Part shown: in pieces, positions 1 to 15,100 of the stretch
How the letters are laid out: every line of letters starts with the position of its first letter
Numbering within the stretch: position 1 is the stretch's first letter
NCBI GenBank assembly: GCA_051294375.1
Contig: CM119267.1
Span: 7,354,749-7,418,748, forward strand
Length of the DNA: 64,000 nt
From: Paraspadella gotoi
Taxonomy: Eukaryota; Animalia; Chaetognatha
Reading direction: 5' to 3'
Made by a program: the position numbers and the translations under genes
Notes under the pieces: model-generated
What the model saw: only the letters and a program-made list of their open reading frames with translations
The model's database searches: none
Told to the model about the DNA's origin: nothing

Positions 1-3000
1 CGGAACAAGGGGAAAATCTATACGAGAAACCCGTTTGGAAACGAGAGAACAGAGTCCGTCGCAATCGCCATCATCGTTGTCGCCTGCAATTGTGCTTATC
101 GATGGATAAAAAGAGACAAAATGAAAATCCCTCAGGATTTCATCACCATCTTTGGAGGGCGCGTTCTCGGATTTTTTCCCTGATAATAGAGTCTTTATGA
201 TCGTTTTCGTAGTGTTTACGTCGTCGCAATCCAACGGCAAGAGGTGCATCAGGCTTGGGTAAAAACGTCGGGCCACACTTTGTAAGTGGGGATGCGACAC
301 GAGCTGGGCGATCGGAATCTGGGAACGTTTGCTTTTTTTATATACGGACTCCAGAACTTGATCGAATTCCGTTTCGAATTCCTACGATAAAATTAAATAA
401 GTTATAAATACAATACAAACCATAAATACAATAGAATACATAAATTAATACAACGATTAAAATCCCACAAACGTCGACCTGACTGGCGAGGGATATGGCG
501 TAATGGCCAGAGGCTTCGTGCTTGCTCACGTGCAGCCTCGGATCCGTCATGGCTAAGTGAAAGAGTTGCTGAACATTAAGTTTGACGTAAGGAATCATGT
601 CATCTATCCAGGCGCGAACGCGTATCCCGCGGAAAAACTGGAGCATATAGAAGATGGCGTATTCTTCATAATCGTCATCACCTAGCGCCGCGGTGCGGCC
701 ACAGGTCGTCAAAGACCAAAGCGCGTTCTCCTCTTCAAAAAAGGGGGACTTCTCGAGGAAAGTCCGCAAGTCCTGCGACGTCCACGACATCATCGCCATG
801 AGCTTTTGGACGTGAGGATCGCGAAGAATTTCTTCGAACGATGGAGGAACGTCGAATGGGCGAGCAGAATATACGTCTTGGAAGTGGTTCGGCCTATATT
901 TGTCGGTCAGGCGACTTATAAGGCGCCGTAACAATTTTTTTTTCAGATATTTGAGGTCGGGCAAGTGCAGAGGCGCTGGGGTGGTAAAGGTTTCTACAAA
1001 TGTTCCGTCTACGGCGGACGAAAGGCCATTAGAATACACCTGAGAGTTATAAAACGCGGTGAGTGGGGAATGGTTTTTGATCGAGATATTTACTAACTCA
1101 CTTTGGACTTCATGTTTTTATTTTTCGAAGGCTTTTTGATCAACGTTGGCGCTGAAAATGAAAATGACTTTTCAATTTATTTTTTATTCTTCATCCAATG
1201 TGTTGCGCCGCAATGACTTTATTTTCACGTGTATTTTTTGTGACATGACATGACGCGACATGACATGGCAACATGACTAAAATAACTTTCTTTGCATGTT
1301 TATTTATGACACGCACTGCATAGGAATTCCGTCTTTTATTCTTTATAGTTTTAGGATTTCCTGAGGGCGGCGCGAGCGGTCCCTTAGATTTGAGGTTTTT
1401 TCTGTCCTAACAAATGAGCAACTCTAGGCAAATTATGTACATTATTTACATAAGTGGGACAGACCGACCAACCGACAAATGACTCTGCGATATCTATTTT
1501 TAAGGTGATCACGTTTCTTCACAAGTATGATATATATGCATGTTAAAGGTATTTTGATGCCTTACCTTCATACCAAAAATGAACTTACATTAAAAATACT
1601 TGGTTGATTCTTTTTATTTAAGTAGGACAAACAGATAGACAGACATCCCTTTTTATTATTCTCTTCTCTTTTATTTTTTCCTTTTTTTCCTCTTAGCACG
1701 CTCGTTTGATTTTCTTTTTATATTTCATTCCTTTGCAATTCCTTCATTTTCATTCCTCGTTTTGTTATGAAATGTTAACAAGACAGAAACATCTCTTCTT
1801 CACAGACTTACGTCCGCTTTGTGCCAGTATTTTCTGAGCTGTCGTCGACACTTTCCGACTCTTCGAAGTCACAAGATCCTCAAAGTTTGGAAAGTCTTCC
1901 ACGAATTCCTTGGCTGGTTTTTTCAACTTCGTCTTCTTTTTCAACTCGAAAGCGATTTTCTTCTTCCCTTCTAACTCCGAACAAGGCGGCGGCGCTGGGT
2001 TGGGTTTTAGGAAGACGAAATCAAGATATTTCATTTACTAATGACGTTAGATTAGGAATTACCCGCCCCGAGTTCGTCGTCTTCGTCAAAAGAGACGGAG
2101 ACGGAGGAAGAAAAAGATGAGGACGAGTCGTTGATCTCTTCGCTCTTTTTGATTCCTTTGCTCCTTTGACTTTCTTTGCTCGACTTTGGTATCGGTGAGT
2201 TTGGGCCGATTTGGCGTGATTTTCGTACTGGGGATTTTTGGCTCAGAGACAAGTTATTTAGGGACGACCTCAGGGTGGAGAGAGGATCGACTTTCGATTT
2301 CGGCTCGAGAATCCGCAAATCTTCAAAATAAAACGTCAATGGGGGGGGGGAGAAGATATAACCAACTTCGAAATTGTTCCGCCAAGCTTTCCTTTCACCT
2401 TACCGAATGGCCTAAGAAACTGAAAGCGTTTCCCGCGAGTTCGATTGCCGTTCTCAGCCTCTAAGTCAACCGTTCCCCGAGTTTTGGCGTAAGGGGATAA
2501 GACGCGAATGTCTGGTTGTTTGGTGCCGGCGCCCTTGGCGGCGTTGGAAAGAAGTTTGGACGGAGGACCCAGGTAGATGTTGTCTTTTAACGGAAAAAGA
2601 GTAAGAAAATTAAACAATTATCAAATTTTACAGAAAAGGAGAATAAACGCGGATGAGAGGTTAATTTAAATTGTCAAAATTTTCTTGGACAAATCAACAC
2701 CTACCGGTAATCATCGTGGTGGGAGGCTGATTCTGAGATGGTCCGTGAGTCAATAGAGATTCCAGCACGTCGCTCAACAAAGAAGAAACGTCTCCCCTAA
2801 AGAATGAAGGGAACGACAAAAGCGTTTAAAAACAAAAACGTGAAAAGCGACAGTACGTGTCTCTGCCTCACCGAATCACTGCAGAGTGCGTTCCATGCGT
2901 CGTGTGCGTGAGCGAGTCTCCGTCGATGATTTCCGAAACGCGCGAACGAACCGCGTTGATCTTTTCCATCAATGATTTCGTTAAACTTTGTTGATTCGGA

Positions 3001-6000
3001 AAATTGAAAGCGTGATCGAAAACGCGAAATCCATTCACGCTAGGGTAGAAACAAAATCGTTTTTGACATAATCTCATCGTAACATTGTAATAAACATTAT
3101 TTATCATACAGTTGATTAGCTACGTCGACGGTTAGCTCCATGCCGTATTGATCGCCGAGAAAGGCGAAAAGAAGAACGAGAGCAACGAGGTTATTGTTAT
3201 CCGGGGGAAGAACGGTGACATTGTCGATCCAGCCGTTTGACTCGGAGCTGGCGACATAGTTGGCACCCACGGCGTAAAACTTAGCCAAAGTCGACAAGTG
3301 TAAGTTATTAGAAATAAATGGGACAAACTTGGAAAAAAAAAAGTCGGGGTCTAACCTTTTTCTTAGCGACGTCGCACGCGAACCCGATCGGGTTACGCCA
3401 TTGACATGTTCCCTTGCAGTGTTTTAGCGAATACCCTCCGGCGCTCAAAAGGTTCCAATCCACCCGATATGGCTAAAAAGGAAGATCTTACTTCTAACGC
3501 CCCATTTAAAACTCACGGGCTCTTATATCCACCCGAAAGCTAACCTGGCGCGGCGTGATAAATTCCACCGTCGATTCCCTTATCTGCGTTTCGGGTAAAC
3601 CCACGACGCCTCTCCGCATCTCCGATGGCACTTGCACCAAGAAAGTACTTTTCCCTTCGCTGAACTTGTAGATCGATTGGAGGCCATTCGGCACGTTCTC
3701 GAAAACCCGGACAATGTCGTCGCGGGTTTCGCCGGCGAAAGGCAAAAGAGCTTCTTTTTGGTTTTCAAACTCGAGAAATACAGAGGACGGGTTTGCCTGA
3801 GACGGAATCGCTTTTGCGACACCTAAGAAAAAGCAAAAAGAGTCGTTTTTCGAAGCTTCGACGATTTACGAACCGAAACCTATTCATTAATTCAACTCAC
3901 CAACGGCCATTCGACTAAAAATATTTTTAAACATCTCCATCTTGAAGTTTTCTCCTTCGTAGACAAGGTCCCCGGCGTCATCACCTCCCTTGTCTTCCTC
4001 CATCGTTCCCAACTTCTCCTTTTTCCTGACGTTCGCTACTCTGCGCGGCCGGAATATTGACGGCACTTCGACGAAGCCGAGTGAACGTTTTGGGTCAATT
4101 CCTAGACCGGTCATAGCGTCCGCCATGTCTCTCCCCCGATTCTTGGGTTTCTGACAAAGAATTTTTATTTCTCAATACTGAACTCGGCTCAACTAAAGTT
4201 TGCTTATTGTTTTCTATTAAAAGCGCCTTTATTCGTAAATATACAAACCGAATAAGTAATACTAACCTTTCTTTTCTCATTGGAGTTTTCTTCCGGCATC
4301 ACGTTGCCCTCCAGAAATAATGGGCTTAATGCCGCAACAATTATCGCATACAGTTTGAGGGCCTGAGCTTTTTCCTTTACAGGATTTTCTACAAACGAGG
4401 TGAGTCAATCATTAATCCGAGTAAACATTTACCCTCCACCGAAAAAAAAAAAGATCAGCGTTAATACCAGAAACGAAACCCTTTATTTTCGATGGGGTGT
4501 TGTAACAACCGTTGATTGGCACGAACAAGTCAGCAACGGAAAGGTCGCGCGAATATGCTTCCCACTTTGCAGCGTCTATGAAAGAACAACACAATTATTA
4601 TAAAATAGCTGAGGAAACTGTTAAAAATAATTCATAATTAAACTAACCTGGATGACTTTGATTTCTTTCTCGTGGTTTTCGAAAATGATGGGGAAGCATA
4701 CTAATAAGCTTCTCGATCTTTGACCGGGCTTCACCTGAACCACAAAAAAAGTTGTTAATATCCGTTGAAGTTTCAAAATGAGACAGCATGAACAAGCGAC
4801 CCCACACCCTCGCTTACCCAGTGGCGCGATTTCCCGAGCCTTCCAGGCCAAGTCGCCGACGAGATTTTCGAAGGCGTTAAATCGTTTCTCCATAACGGAG
4901 CGAACTCGGCAGAACCGATGCTTCAGTTCCGCAATATTCTTTGGAATGTATTCGCCTTGGATTGCGATGAATGTATGAATTAATTTTTCGTTAAAATTTA
5001 GATCCGACGACCGAGACATATCACCCTCACCTTTTTCGTTCGTCTGTCCCCAGTTGCGCTTTTCAAGGTTGAATTCATGGAGCGCGTAGAGCCAGTGGAC
5101 GAATAGATTTCGCAGCATGATGGGTTCGGAGAAGATATCTCCATCGAAGAATTTTCGCGATGAGGTGCTGAGGGAAGAAAGGATAGGCTTTTGATGAAAT
5201 GAACAGAGAAACAAGGACAAAACAAAAAAAAAAACAAAAAAAAACAACAAAAAATCTGAAGGCTAAGAACCTGGAATCTAAGGCGTAGATAAACTTCTGA
5301 TCGTCCTTAATGATCATTTTCGTGGGCTGAGTGAAGGGATCCTTGGATTGAACGGCGGCGGCCAAGACGATGCCGTCGCAACTGACTCCGAAAAGGATCC
5401 CGTACAAGATCAATCGCGAGTATCTCAGGTCGATCGGGAGGTTCATGCCTATATGACCCAGCAAGGTGAGATCTGACATCTCGTCGTTTTCCTCGATGGC
5501 TCCGATGTCGGCCAGGGTCTGAACCGCTTCTTGAATGTTCTCCGTCTTGGGCGGTTCGATGCTTTGCAGCAAGAGCTCAGTCGGCGTGCTGCCCGGGCTG
5601 ATAATTCGAGCGATACCTTTGACTTGCAGAACGAGGTTGTCCAGCGGCGAGTCATGCATCTGCGGAGGATCGAAAGGCGACAGCGATTCGAAGAATTCCC
5701 GCGTAAACATTTTGATGCAAATGCCGGTGAAAACTCGGCCAGTTCGACCGCGACGTTGTCGGGAAGAGGCCTAAAACAAAAAAGGGAGAAAAGAGCGAGT
5801 GATATTGTAACCATGTAAAACAGGCGTGAGTAAATTCATTAAACAGTAAACACGCGCTGACCTTCGAACACCAAGACAAATCGAGCATAGTCATTCGACG
5901 GTCCGCATGGTAAACGGGGCGTCGATGTAACCCGTAATCGACGACGACACGAACCTGCGAAATCGATAACACATAAAAACCCTCGAAATATTTCGAATTA

Positions 6001-8604
6001 AAAGGCGACGCAAAAGACCTTCGGTAAAGTCACGGAAGACTCGGCCACATTGGTCGCGAGAATGATATGACTCTTGAATCCCGGGGGATCATCAAAAGCC
6101 TCTAACTGATCATCGAAAGGAACCATAGAATGCAGGACGAAGACGCGTATACGACAAGGCCAACCACTGTGGGATGGGTCGCTTTCGATGCAGGTCAATT
6201 CGTCGAAGAGCTCGTCGATCTGCGCCCTGGAAATAAAGGATGCATCAAGTTTTAAGGGTTTGACCTTCGCGTTAATAACTTTTTATTGGCACCAATATTA
6301 CCTTCCGGGCAGAAAGACCAGAACCGACTCGCCGGGAACGACCAATGAGGGCAAGAGGCGCATCAAAATATGCCGAAATTCAGGCAGCAAGTCGAGAGCA
6401 ACTACGAAAAAAAATTCATCAAAAGAGTGCCACTAGTCACACTTCCCTTCCTTTACTAGTTGCGCCGCGCGTACTCGCGGACCAACTCAATAAGACACTT
6501 AGGTGTTGGTCGGTCGGTATGTATCCGTCCGTCGGTCAGTCCCACTTACTTTTTCAATGCTCATTACTCGGGCGTTATTTTAGTGTAAGGTATGAGTAAA
6601 TGCTTCTTCTGCCTATATTTCATACTCGTAATCACGTGACCATATGGAATTGAAATCGCTTGATCAGAAAATCAATTAGTCATAATTCGTGTAATACTTA
6701 ATTATTTTAGTTAATACTTGACAAATAAGTGATCAATCGTAAGATGCTTGTTGTGCATATGTTTTATACTTATGTAGACTGTAGTCACTTGTAACATAGT
6801 TACTGCGGCACAACACCTTGAACTTGCCGGCTCTTGTTTTTCCTATTTTCCTCTCTGAAATTGCTAATTAAGTCAATCATCTTGTCTTCAATATAACTTA
6901 CTTTTAGTGGACGACGCAGTATAAGAGGGAACATAATTTAAATTCATCTCCGACATCTCGACGCTTAAAGCTTGCAAGCTTTTAAATCCTTGTTGGGTCA
7001 TGTCGGAGAGGTAGCCCTGAAATAAAGCAATCCGAAATTTCCTTCTTCGTCGCCCGAACAAAGGTTGCCTTTTAAAACGAACCTCATTCTCTGAATCCTG
7101 ATAAAATGAGCTCGACTTTTTATTCAACTTGCAGGAATTCTTGAGAATGCGAAATTTGTCGTCGTCGGAAAAGGCATGGGGAAAGCGAGAAGGGAGATCT
7201 TCGAGGAAAACGTCCTCAACGGGATATCGCCGCGCGCCGACGAATATGACGCGCTGCGGCATGCGTCGGATTTCCAAGGCCGAGGCGAAGTAGCGAAGGA
7301 AGAGATCTCCCTGGATCGTGGCAGACATGACGACGAGCTTGATGGGACGATCCTTGACGAGCAGTTTGACGATAAGGGAGAGGAGATCGTTTTCCAACTC
7401 ACGTTCGTGAACCTCGTCCAGAACGAGGTGCGTGTATTCATCGAGCATACGGTCGTTGTGAGTCAACGCGGTCCGAACATAGCCGGTGGTTGCGAAAAGG
7501 ATGCGAGTTTGGTAACATGACATGTAATCTTGGCCAATGCGGTAGCCGATCTCGTGGCCTAAACAAAAATATATACTATATAGATGTAGCAGATGTTTTT
7601 TTCCCCCTTTATAAACCCCAATAAAATCTTGATTCTTAACTTAAAGCATTAAAAGAAACTGGGGAGGATGGTCCAATATAAAAATGAGGTAATCTAAAAA
7701 AACTAATTAAAGGTTTGCTTTGTTATTTCTTTCAGCAAAAAAAGTAAGCTCGAATGGAAAAAAATGTTTTCATACCTAATTCGACCTTTCTTTCTTTCGC
7801 TACACGTTCCGCCAATGATCTGGCGGCGATTCGTCGCGGCTGCGTCACCAAAATTTTGACTGGTCGATCGTACTCTGACGGAAAGCTGGGCGAACAATAA
7901 AATTCGATGAAACGCTCTCTCTCTCTTTCTCTCATGGATTAACATGACAAAACATCAATGGGAAAAAGTAGACAAACTCAATATGTAAGAGATGATTATT
8001 TAATATGATCTTAAATGAGAATATTCTTAGATCTACCAATCCATACTGCTAATCGGCTGGTTCTCGACGCAAGCAACATATCCAATCTATCGGAAACTCT
8101 TTTCAACTTCGCACGGAAAAGGGTCCTATACATTGTTGGAAAAAATTACCCATGGAAATCGTATCCATGGAAATCGTATCCACAAAACTCGGATTTGAAA
8201 CCTTGCATAATTGTTTTAGAAACAAATCTTGGTATCTGACAATAACTGTGATTCGTTATTCTTCTGTGTTCTTACAATTTAAAAATTTATGTGTAGCCTT
8301 AGGCTTAGTCTATTTGCATTTTCAAATGAATGTTTACGTGTTAAAAAAAAAACAAACTAAAAACAAAACAAGTTTGAGCAAACAATGTCGGATCTGCCTA
8401 CGATAATTAATTAATTAATTAATTAATCGATTAATTAATTAATTAATTTTAATATGTAATAATTAATTTAAAATTTATATTCAACTTATCATCATCGATG
8501 TCCTTAAAATTGGGTTAGGACAGTTATTAAATATGTTTTGTTTACATTTTATCAAAACAAACAAATATCCTCTATTTTATTTTATTTCTCCTTCTCTCTC
8601 TCTC

Positions 8605-8639
<35 letters not shown>

Positions 8640-9115
8640 ATGCAATTGCGACGATCTTTATGCTTTTAAGATTCTTCTAACTTGCATCATTTTTTCACAT
8701 TAATTAATTAATTAAAACATTTATTAGTAATCATTAATATTAAAGATTCAAGTAAATGTGACTTATGTTTTTTCCATCTAAACTCATTTCCACTGACACA
8801 ATTCCGTCAAAACTTTATATAATTATTATATATTAATAAATATTTAAAAGCTTCAGTGCAACAACCCAATGAACTAATTCAAAAAGTTACATTGAAAATC
8901 GATTTAGTAGTAAAAGGAAAAAAAAATTTTTAAAGAGAACTAGAAGTTATAAAAAATGTTCAATTTTGGCCCGCCTTACTAGATATATTGCATGTGATTA
9001 AACAATGTTATCGGAATAATATTTTTATCAATTTTATGTATTTTGTAAGTATTTAAGTATTTTTATTCAGTGAGTAAAATAACAACTTTTTTATTTGCTA
9101 ATTTTAATCTCGGAA

Positions 9116-9146
<31 letters not shown>

Positions 9147-12100
9147 TTGCAATTGCAACGATCCTTATGCTCATTTTTCTGCTCTCTCTCTCTCTCTTTG
9201 CAATTGCGACGATCCTTATGCTCATTTTTATGCTCTCTCACTCTCTCTCTCTCTCTCTACCCGCTCACAAAATTTCATCTCAATCTATTATGGGTTAAAA
9301 TAAGTAAAAAGATTCAAGTAAATGTGACTCATATTTTTTTAATTTAAACTCATTTCCACTCGTACGTTTCCACCGAAACTTTAGATCAAGCATCATTACA
9401 CATTTTTCTACCCACACAAAAAATTTGAACTCAATCTATCCATCCAATTATGATTAATTAGAGTACTTATTGGTTAAAATAAGTAAAAAGATTTTAGTAA
9501 ATGCGACTTGTTTTTTCCATTTAAACTCATATCCACTCACACGATTCCGTCGAAACTTTATATCCAGCCTTATCACACACTTTCCTACCCACAACACAAA
9601 ATTCCATTCCAATCCAACCAGCCAATCACGAGTTATTGGAGCTTTTTGCGAAGGTGGGACGGATGGACGGATTGATTGACTGATTAATTAATTATTGATT
9701 AATTAATTGACTAATTGATTAATTAACTGATTAATTATTTGATTTATTAATACATCCTGCATTTACATTTAATATAAAAATTTCAAAAAGCATAATTAAT
9801 TAGTGAAACAGGTTTTTTGTTTTTTTCCATTTAAACTCATTTCCACTCAAAAGATTCCATCGAAACTTGGTTTCCTATTCAATCACACACTTTTCTACTC
9901 ACATACAAAATTCCAGGTCAATCGATAATTAAGTGGTAATAAGCTAACTTGGTCAACTTGCATAATTTTGTCAACTGACATAATTTTGTCAACTGACATA
10001 ATTTGGTTAACTGACATAATTTGGTCAACTGACATAATTGGTCAACTGACATAATTTGATCAATTAAGATAATTTGGTCAACCGGCTTAATTTGGTCAAC
10101 TGGCCTAATTTGGTCAACAGGCATAATTTGGTCAACAGGCATAATTTGGTCAACTTGCAGAACTTGATCATCTTGCAGAATTTTGTCAACTGGCATAATT
10201 TGGTCAACTTCAAGAATTTGGTAACTGGCATATTTTTGTCAATTTGCATAATTTGGTCAATCAATCAATCAATCAGAGAGAGAGAAACTTTAAAAAATTC
10301 AATTAAATGTGTCTTTTGGTTTTCTAATTTATCACATACTTTCCTACCCACACACAAAATTCAATTTCGATTTATCTATCCAATTTTTAATAAAATAATA
10401 ATTATGAGTAAATTTAAGTAAAAATACTTCAAGTAAATATGACTTTTGTTTTTTTCCATTTTAACTCATTTCCACTCGCACGATTCCATCGAAACTTTAT
10501 ATCTAGCTCAATCACACACTTTCCTACCATCATACAAAATTTCAAGTCAATTGCCCTATCCACTCATGAGCAATTGGCGTTCAAATAGTGAAATATATTT
10601 TTTTGTCTTTTCCATTTAAACCAATTTCCACTCGCACGATTCCCTCGAAACTTCATATCCATCTCAATCACACAGTTTCCTATCCACACACAAAATTTCA
10701 TACCAATCCATCCATCCAATCACGAGTAATTGGAGTTTTTTGCTAAGGTGGGACGGACGGACGGACATCGTTTTTTTTGCATAATTTATCATAATTCGAT
10801 GTTCTGACATGATATAAGTGTGTGCCCGACAATATTGAGGGGGCGGACCGACGGACCGACAAAGTGAATTATAGAGTCGGGATCTGCTGATAAGCAGTTC
10901 CGACTAAAAACATAAATAACTAAATTTGTTGTCCATTCTTTACAAAACACCCAGACATTCTGAATCAGGTTTCCAAATTGTATCTCATGTTAGCTGACTG
11001 AACGTTTAAGTAGCATTTTGAAAACAAACTAGCAGAAAACCAAAGTGAATGACGAAAAACAAAAGACCCCTTAGACGTATTAGTTGCTGTCCAGGGTCAT
11101 GTACTGTTCAATTCAATTCTATTCTCTTACCTCTCATAGTCGTCGAGAATGAACTGAGGGACCTGCGTGGACTTTCCGCAACCAGTCTCACCCTCGATGC
11201 AGGTGACGCGCTGATTGCGTATAGCGCTCATCAGGCTTTCACGGTGAGAGAGGATGGGAAGGGTCGTTTCCGTACTGGAGGCGGAGAGAAAGGGGAAGCT
11301 CATAGGAAAAAGGAAAGGAGAAGAGAGATCCGACATAAGCAAAGATAAAGAAATCAACTAAGAAAAGAAAAAAAGTGACAAACCTCGAGTTCTCGAGCTG
11401 TTGATTCTCACGTTCTTCGGAGTCTTCGACGCCCTGGGGCAGAAGATAATCAATGTCGATCCCTTGATCGTGGCCCTTTTCCGAGAAATCAATCGCAAAT
11501 CGGTCGGCCATTCGATTCGGATGTTGCCGGACGATTTCGTTTAAAATCTGAGACGAGAAAAGAGAAAAAGCGGACGACGTAGAAAAGACAACTCTTGATT
11601 TTCAAATTTCTATTACGTAAGTACTACTATGTACTACTATGTACTTTACCTCCGCCACATTAGTGTCCACCTCGTTTCCATTCTGTTCCACAAAGTAAGA
11701 GAAAAATTTCCAGAACCTAATTCCATCGAAGGCGTAACCGGGCGGGGCGATTAAATCATCGAAGCGGAGGCAGATACAGGCGTCTCTCATTTCCTTGTAT
11801 ACGGCCTGGCACCTGATTACGAGAAATAAACGCTCCCTGTATTACTGCTAGCGATTTCCATGAAATGGACCGGCTCCGATCTAACCAGTTATTGAGCGTG
11901 ATGCATTTAATGTCGGGAGGCTTATTGGTAGGGAGAGGACCCTCTTCGTACGGATTGTAATCATTTTCCAAACTGCGCCAATAAAAGTCGAAAATTGAGT
12001 GGGCGACTGCGCTGAGCTCGGCGGACGTTAGCAGTACGACCGCGTGAGGTGACAGCGACATCGAAAGGAGGTAGTTAAGGAGATAAGCGAAGAAGGCTTC

Positions 12101-15100
12101 GGTCGGAGAGAGGTACTCGAAAAAGTTGCGCGAGAAAGACTGCGAAATGGTTGGCAAAAAAAGTATGACAAAAGTAACAAGAAGAATCGTGGTGAGCGAG
12201 GTATCCCTGGTATTCGTCAGACCTTTTGGTCGTAGTTTTCGTGGTCAAAGCCCAATAAGCGCATCTGTTCCCCGTTGTCGTCGAGGATGGTCATCAAGGT
12301 GTCGAAAATGCCGTAGCGATAGGAAATATCCACATCCTCGAATTGCATGGTTTGTTTGGGCATCTGGAAAAAAGACAAACACTGCATGTAATCTAAAAAT
12401 ATTAAAAGTATAGTGATCTCGCCAGAGGTTACTATCAAAGAAAGTTAATGAAAAAATCTAAAAAAAAAAAATTGATGCGATAACAAATTATTGATGTAAT
12501 AATAATTGATTTATGTAATAGTAATTGATTAATGTAATAGTAATTGATTAATGTAATAGTAATTGTTTGATATAATAATATTGATGCGATAATAACCAAA
12601 TATTGATACGAAAATAACCAAATATTGATGCGATGATAACCAAAGGATGATGCGATAATAACCAAATGATTGACGCGATCAGTCATTCATTGTAAATAAA
12701 ACAAACAGATGGTTGTATAAGTGAGAGAAAGAAATAAAGAGAGAGAGAAAAAAGCCCAGATGCTGCAGAGCTAAACTCGTTTTTAAATGAATCAAAAGAG
12801 ACAGCGAAAAAAAAGAGAGAGAAAGATATATAATTTAAAAAAAGACAAAAAAATTATTATAATTGTTTACAATTAGAAATTATTACAATTGTTTACAAGT
12901 TATAAATGTGTATATTTTTATTTGTATTAAAATTTAGATATAGCTTTTCATCATCCCATGTTTCATATCGATTCAAGTATTTTTGTATGAATTTTTTTTT
13001 TCATTATGATTTACTGCAATATGCAAATTAGAATATAGTACTATATACTAATTTGCATATTGCATTAAGCAATAAGCCCGTTTGGCGAGATAAAAATGTA
13101 TTTTTGCATTTCTTTTCCTTGTTGGGGACCGTCCCGTTAGAAAACACAATTTTAAAAAGACTAAATTGCTTAGGTTTTATTATTTAAATTATTTTAAAAA
13201 CCTGAGGAAGAGAGACGACTACTTCGTCGAAAGCGCTCCATGGAGTTCGCCCAGTTTCCGTGATCGAGTCTATGTGAGAGGTGGGTCCCAATGCCAGAGG
13301 GTAGAGATACTGTCTAAAAACAGTCAAATCGTGCTCCATTAAAGGCGCACCCAGACTGTGGTATTCCACGTAGTTACTCCGCCGATGGATCCCGTGGAGC
13401 CAGCCAAGGACGTCCCGCGGGGCCGCGTGAGCATCCACTCTGGCTTTGAGAAGTTGAAACAGGGCTGGGAGAAAGAAGGAGGAATAGAGCACGTTTACTG
13501 ACTAAAAATAAAAAAGAAAAATTTTTGAGCGTAGACCGTCTTATTACCTAATGTTTCGGGGTCGTCATAGGAAAATTCCAAGTTCAAATCGTAAAAACGT
13601 CTCGAGTAATCTATGGACTGGAGGATTTGCGGGTCGGATTCGATGAACTTGCGCCAATCGGGATCGTCCTCCAGTCGGGAACCCAATCCGATTCTCTCCA
13701 CGAACCAGTGGGCGACCTCGATTACTCCTGCCGCCGAAAGAAGCGAAATTTTTTCGGTTTGTCTTTATCAACTTCAACTTCAACTGCAACCGTACCCGGA
13801 ATTATTTGTTTGCTTCGTTTTCTCAGCCTCACCTGAAACTTCGATTAAGTCGTGGATTTTGTACTTTTCTAAAAATGGTTTTGTAAAGTCGTTTCCCGAA
13901 AGGATGGCGATTTCAACAAGGTCCTATGAGAATAAGAATTGGGGAAATTATTGGCGATTTTGGATCAAGTAGAGTTGAGCTTGAACCTGATGAGAAGAGA
14001 GTTTCAAAGATCTTTGAACAGAGTCGGGCGTCACGATCCTGACATTTAGCTGCTCCAGCATTATAATTCTATCCATCAGATGAGGGGTTAAATCGTAATC
14101 GATGTCGAAAAACTTCTGCTCTAGTGGAATGTATCTAAACAGGGGAAAGAGTATGTAATTACTCCGAGATCTCATACCTCCAACCCCCAGATGCTCTCTA
14201 CCTGCAATTCGAAAGCACCATGAAATCTGAATCCCTCCCCAGAACGGCGAAGGCCTTCCCCGGGTTGTCGACCAGATACTTTCCCATCGCCAACTCGGCC
14301 TCCCCGCGACATATAAAGTATTTCAAGTTCGGGAGCGCTTTCTTCTGCTCGATGAGCGTGCTGGCGACTTGATGGGAGGCCAACAGGGGCAAAATGGAGT
14401 CCGTCAAGCCATCCATTCCAGCGTACGACTTGCAAATGTTGGTGACCTTGGACGAAGGAAGAACAAATTACGAATCACAATTACGAATTCGGTAAGCGGA
14501 GGCAGAATAAGGAGCGGGATTCCTCGATGTCTGCTCAGTGCTCACCATTTCGTTGATCTTCTCTCGTTTGTCGAAACGCTGGCGAAGCTCCTCGTACTTC
14601 TGTTCCATCACCCCTACGTCGGAGGCTGATCAATGTTTCGAATATAAAAGGCGAGAAATTGAGTGGCTTTGTATCGCCAATTATTCTATACTTAAATCTT
14701 AAATTTCAAAACATAATTTTCTACTAACAAGATACGACTTACTAACGTAGCGAGAGATATTCGCTTCAGATACTGACCAGTAGGCCCGTCTTGGAAAAAG
14801 ACGAGGTCGATCCCGACGAAGTTGAGGGTGTGGATGAAGTTTTTAAGGCAGTAGTTGAGGGCTTGGTATTCGCCGCCTACGATGCGCACGAAGTTGTTCA
14901 GCGTTTCGTCGGAAACGAAGCGTTCCGCTATTTCATTAATGTAGAAGAGGAACCCGTAATAATCCACTAGAATCTCGATTCGGCCGTCGGAAGAGAGAAG
15001 AGCCTTGGGGAAAATTAAGTCGCGAATGAATAAATTAAGCTCGACTTCGATTGAAGTTCAAAGGTCGATGGAATTACCTGCTCGACCAAATCGACCTCCT

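Noticed and set aside
9918-10421. Repeat-protein ORFs (DQIMPV, QLTKLC) or a CRISPR-like array
   Set aside because: These are translations of an 18-bp minisatellite with no unique spacers, inside an intronic element of a eukaryote.
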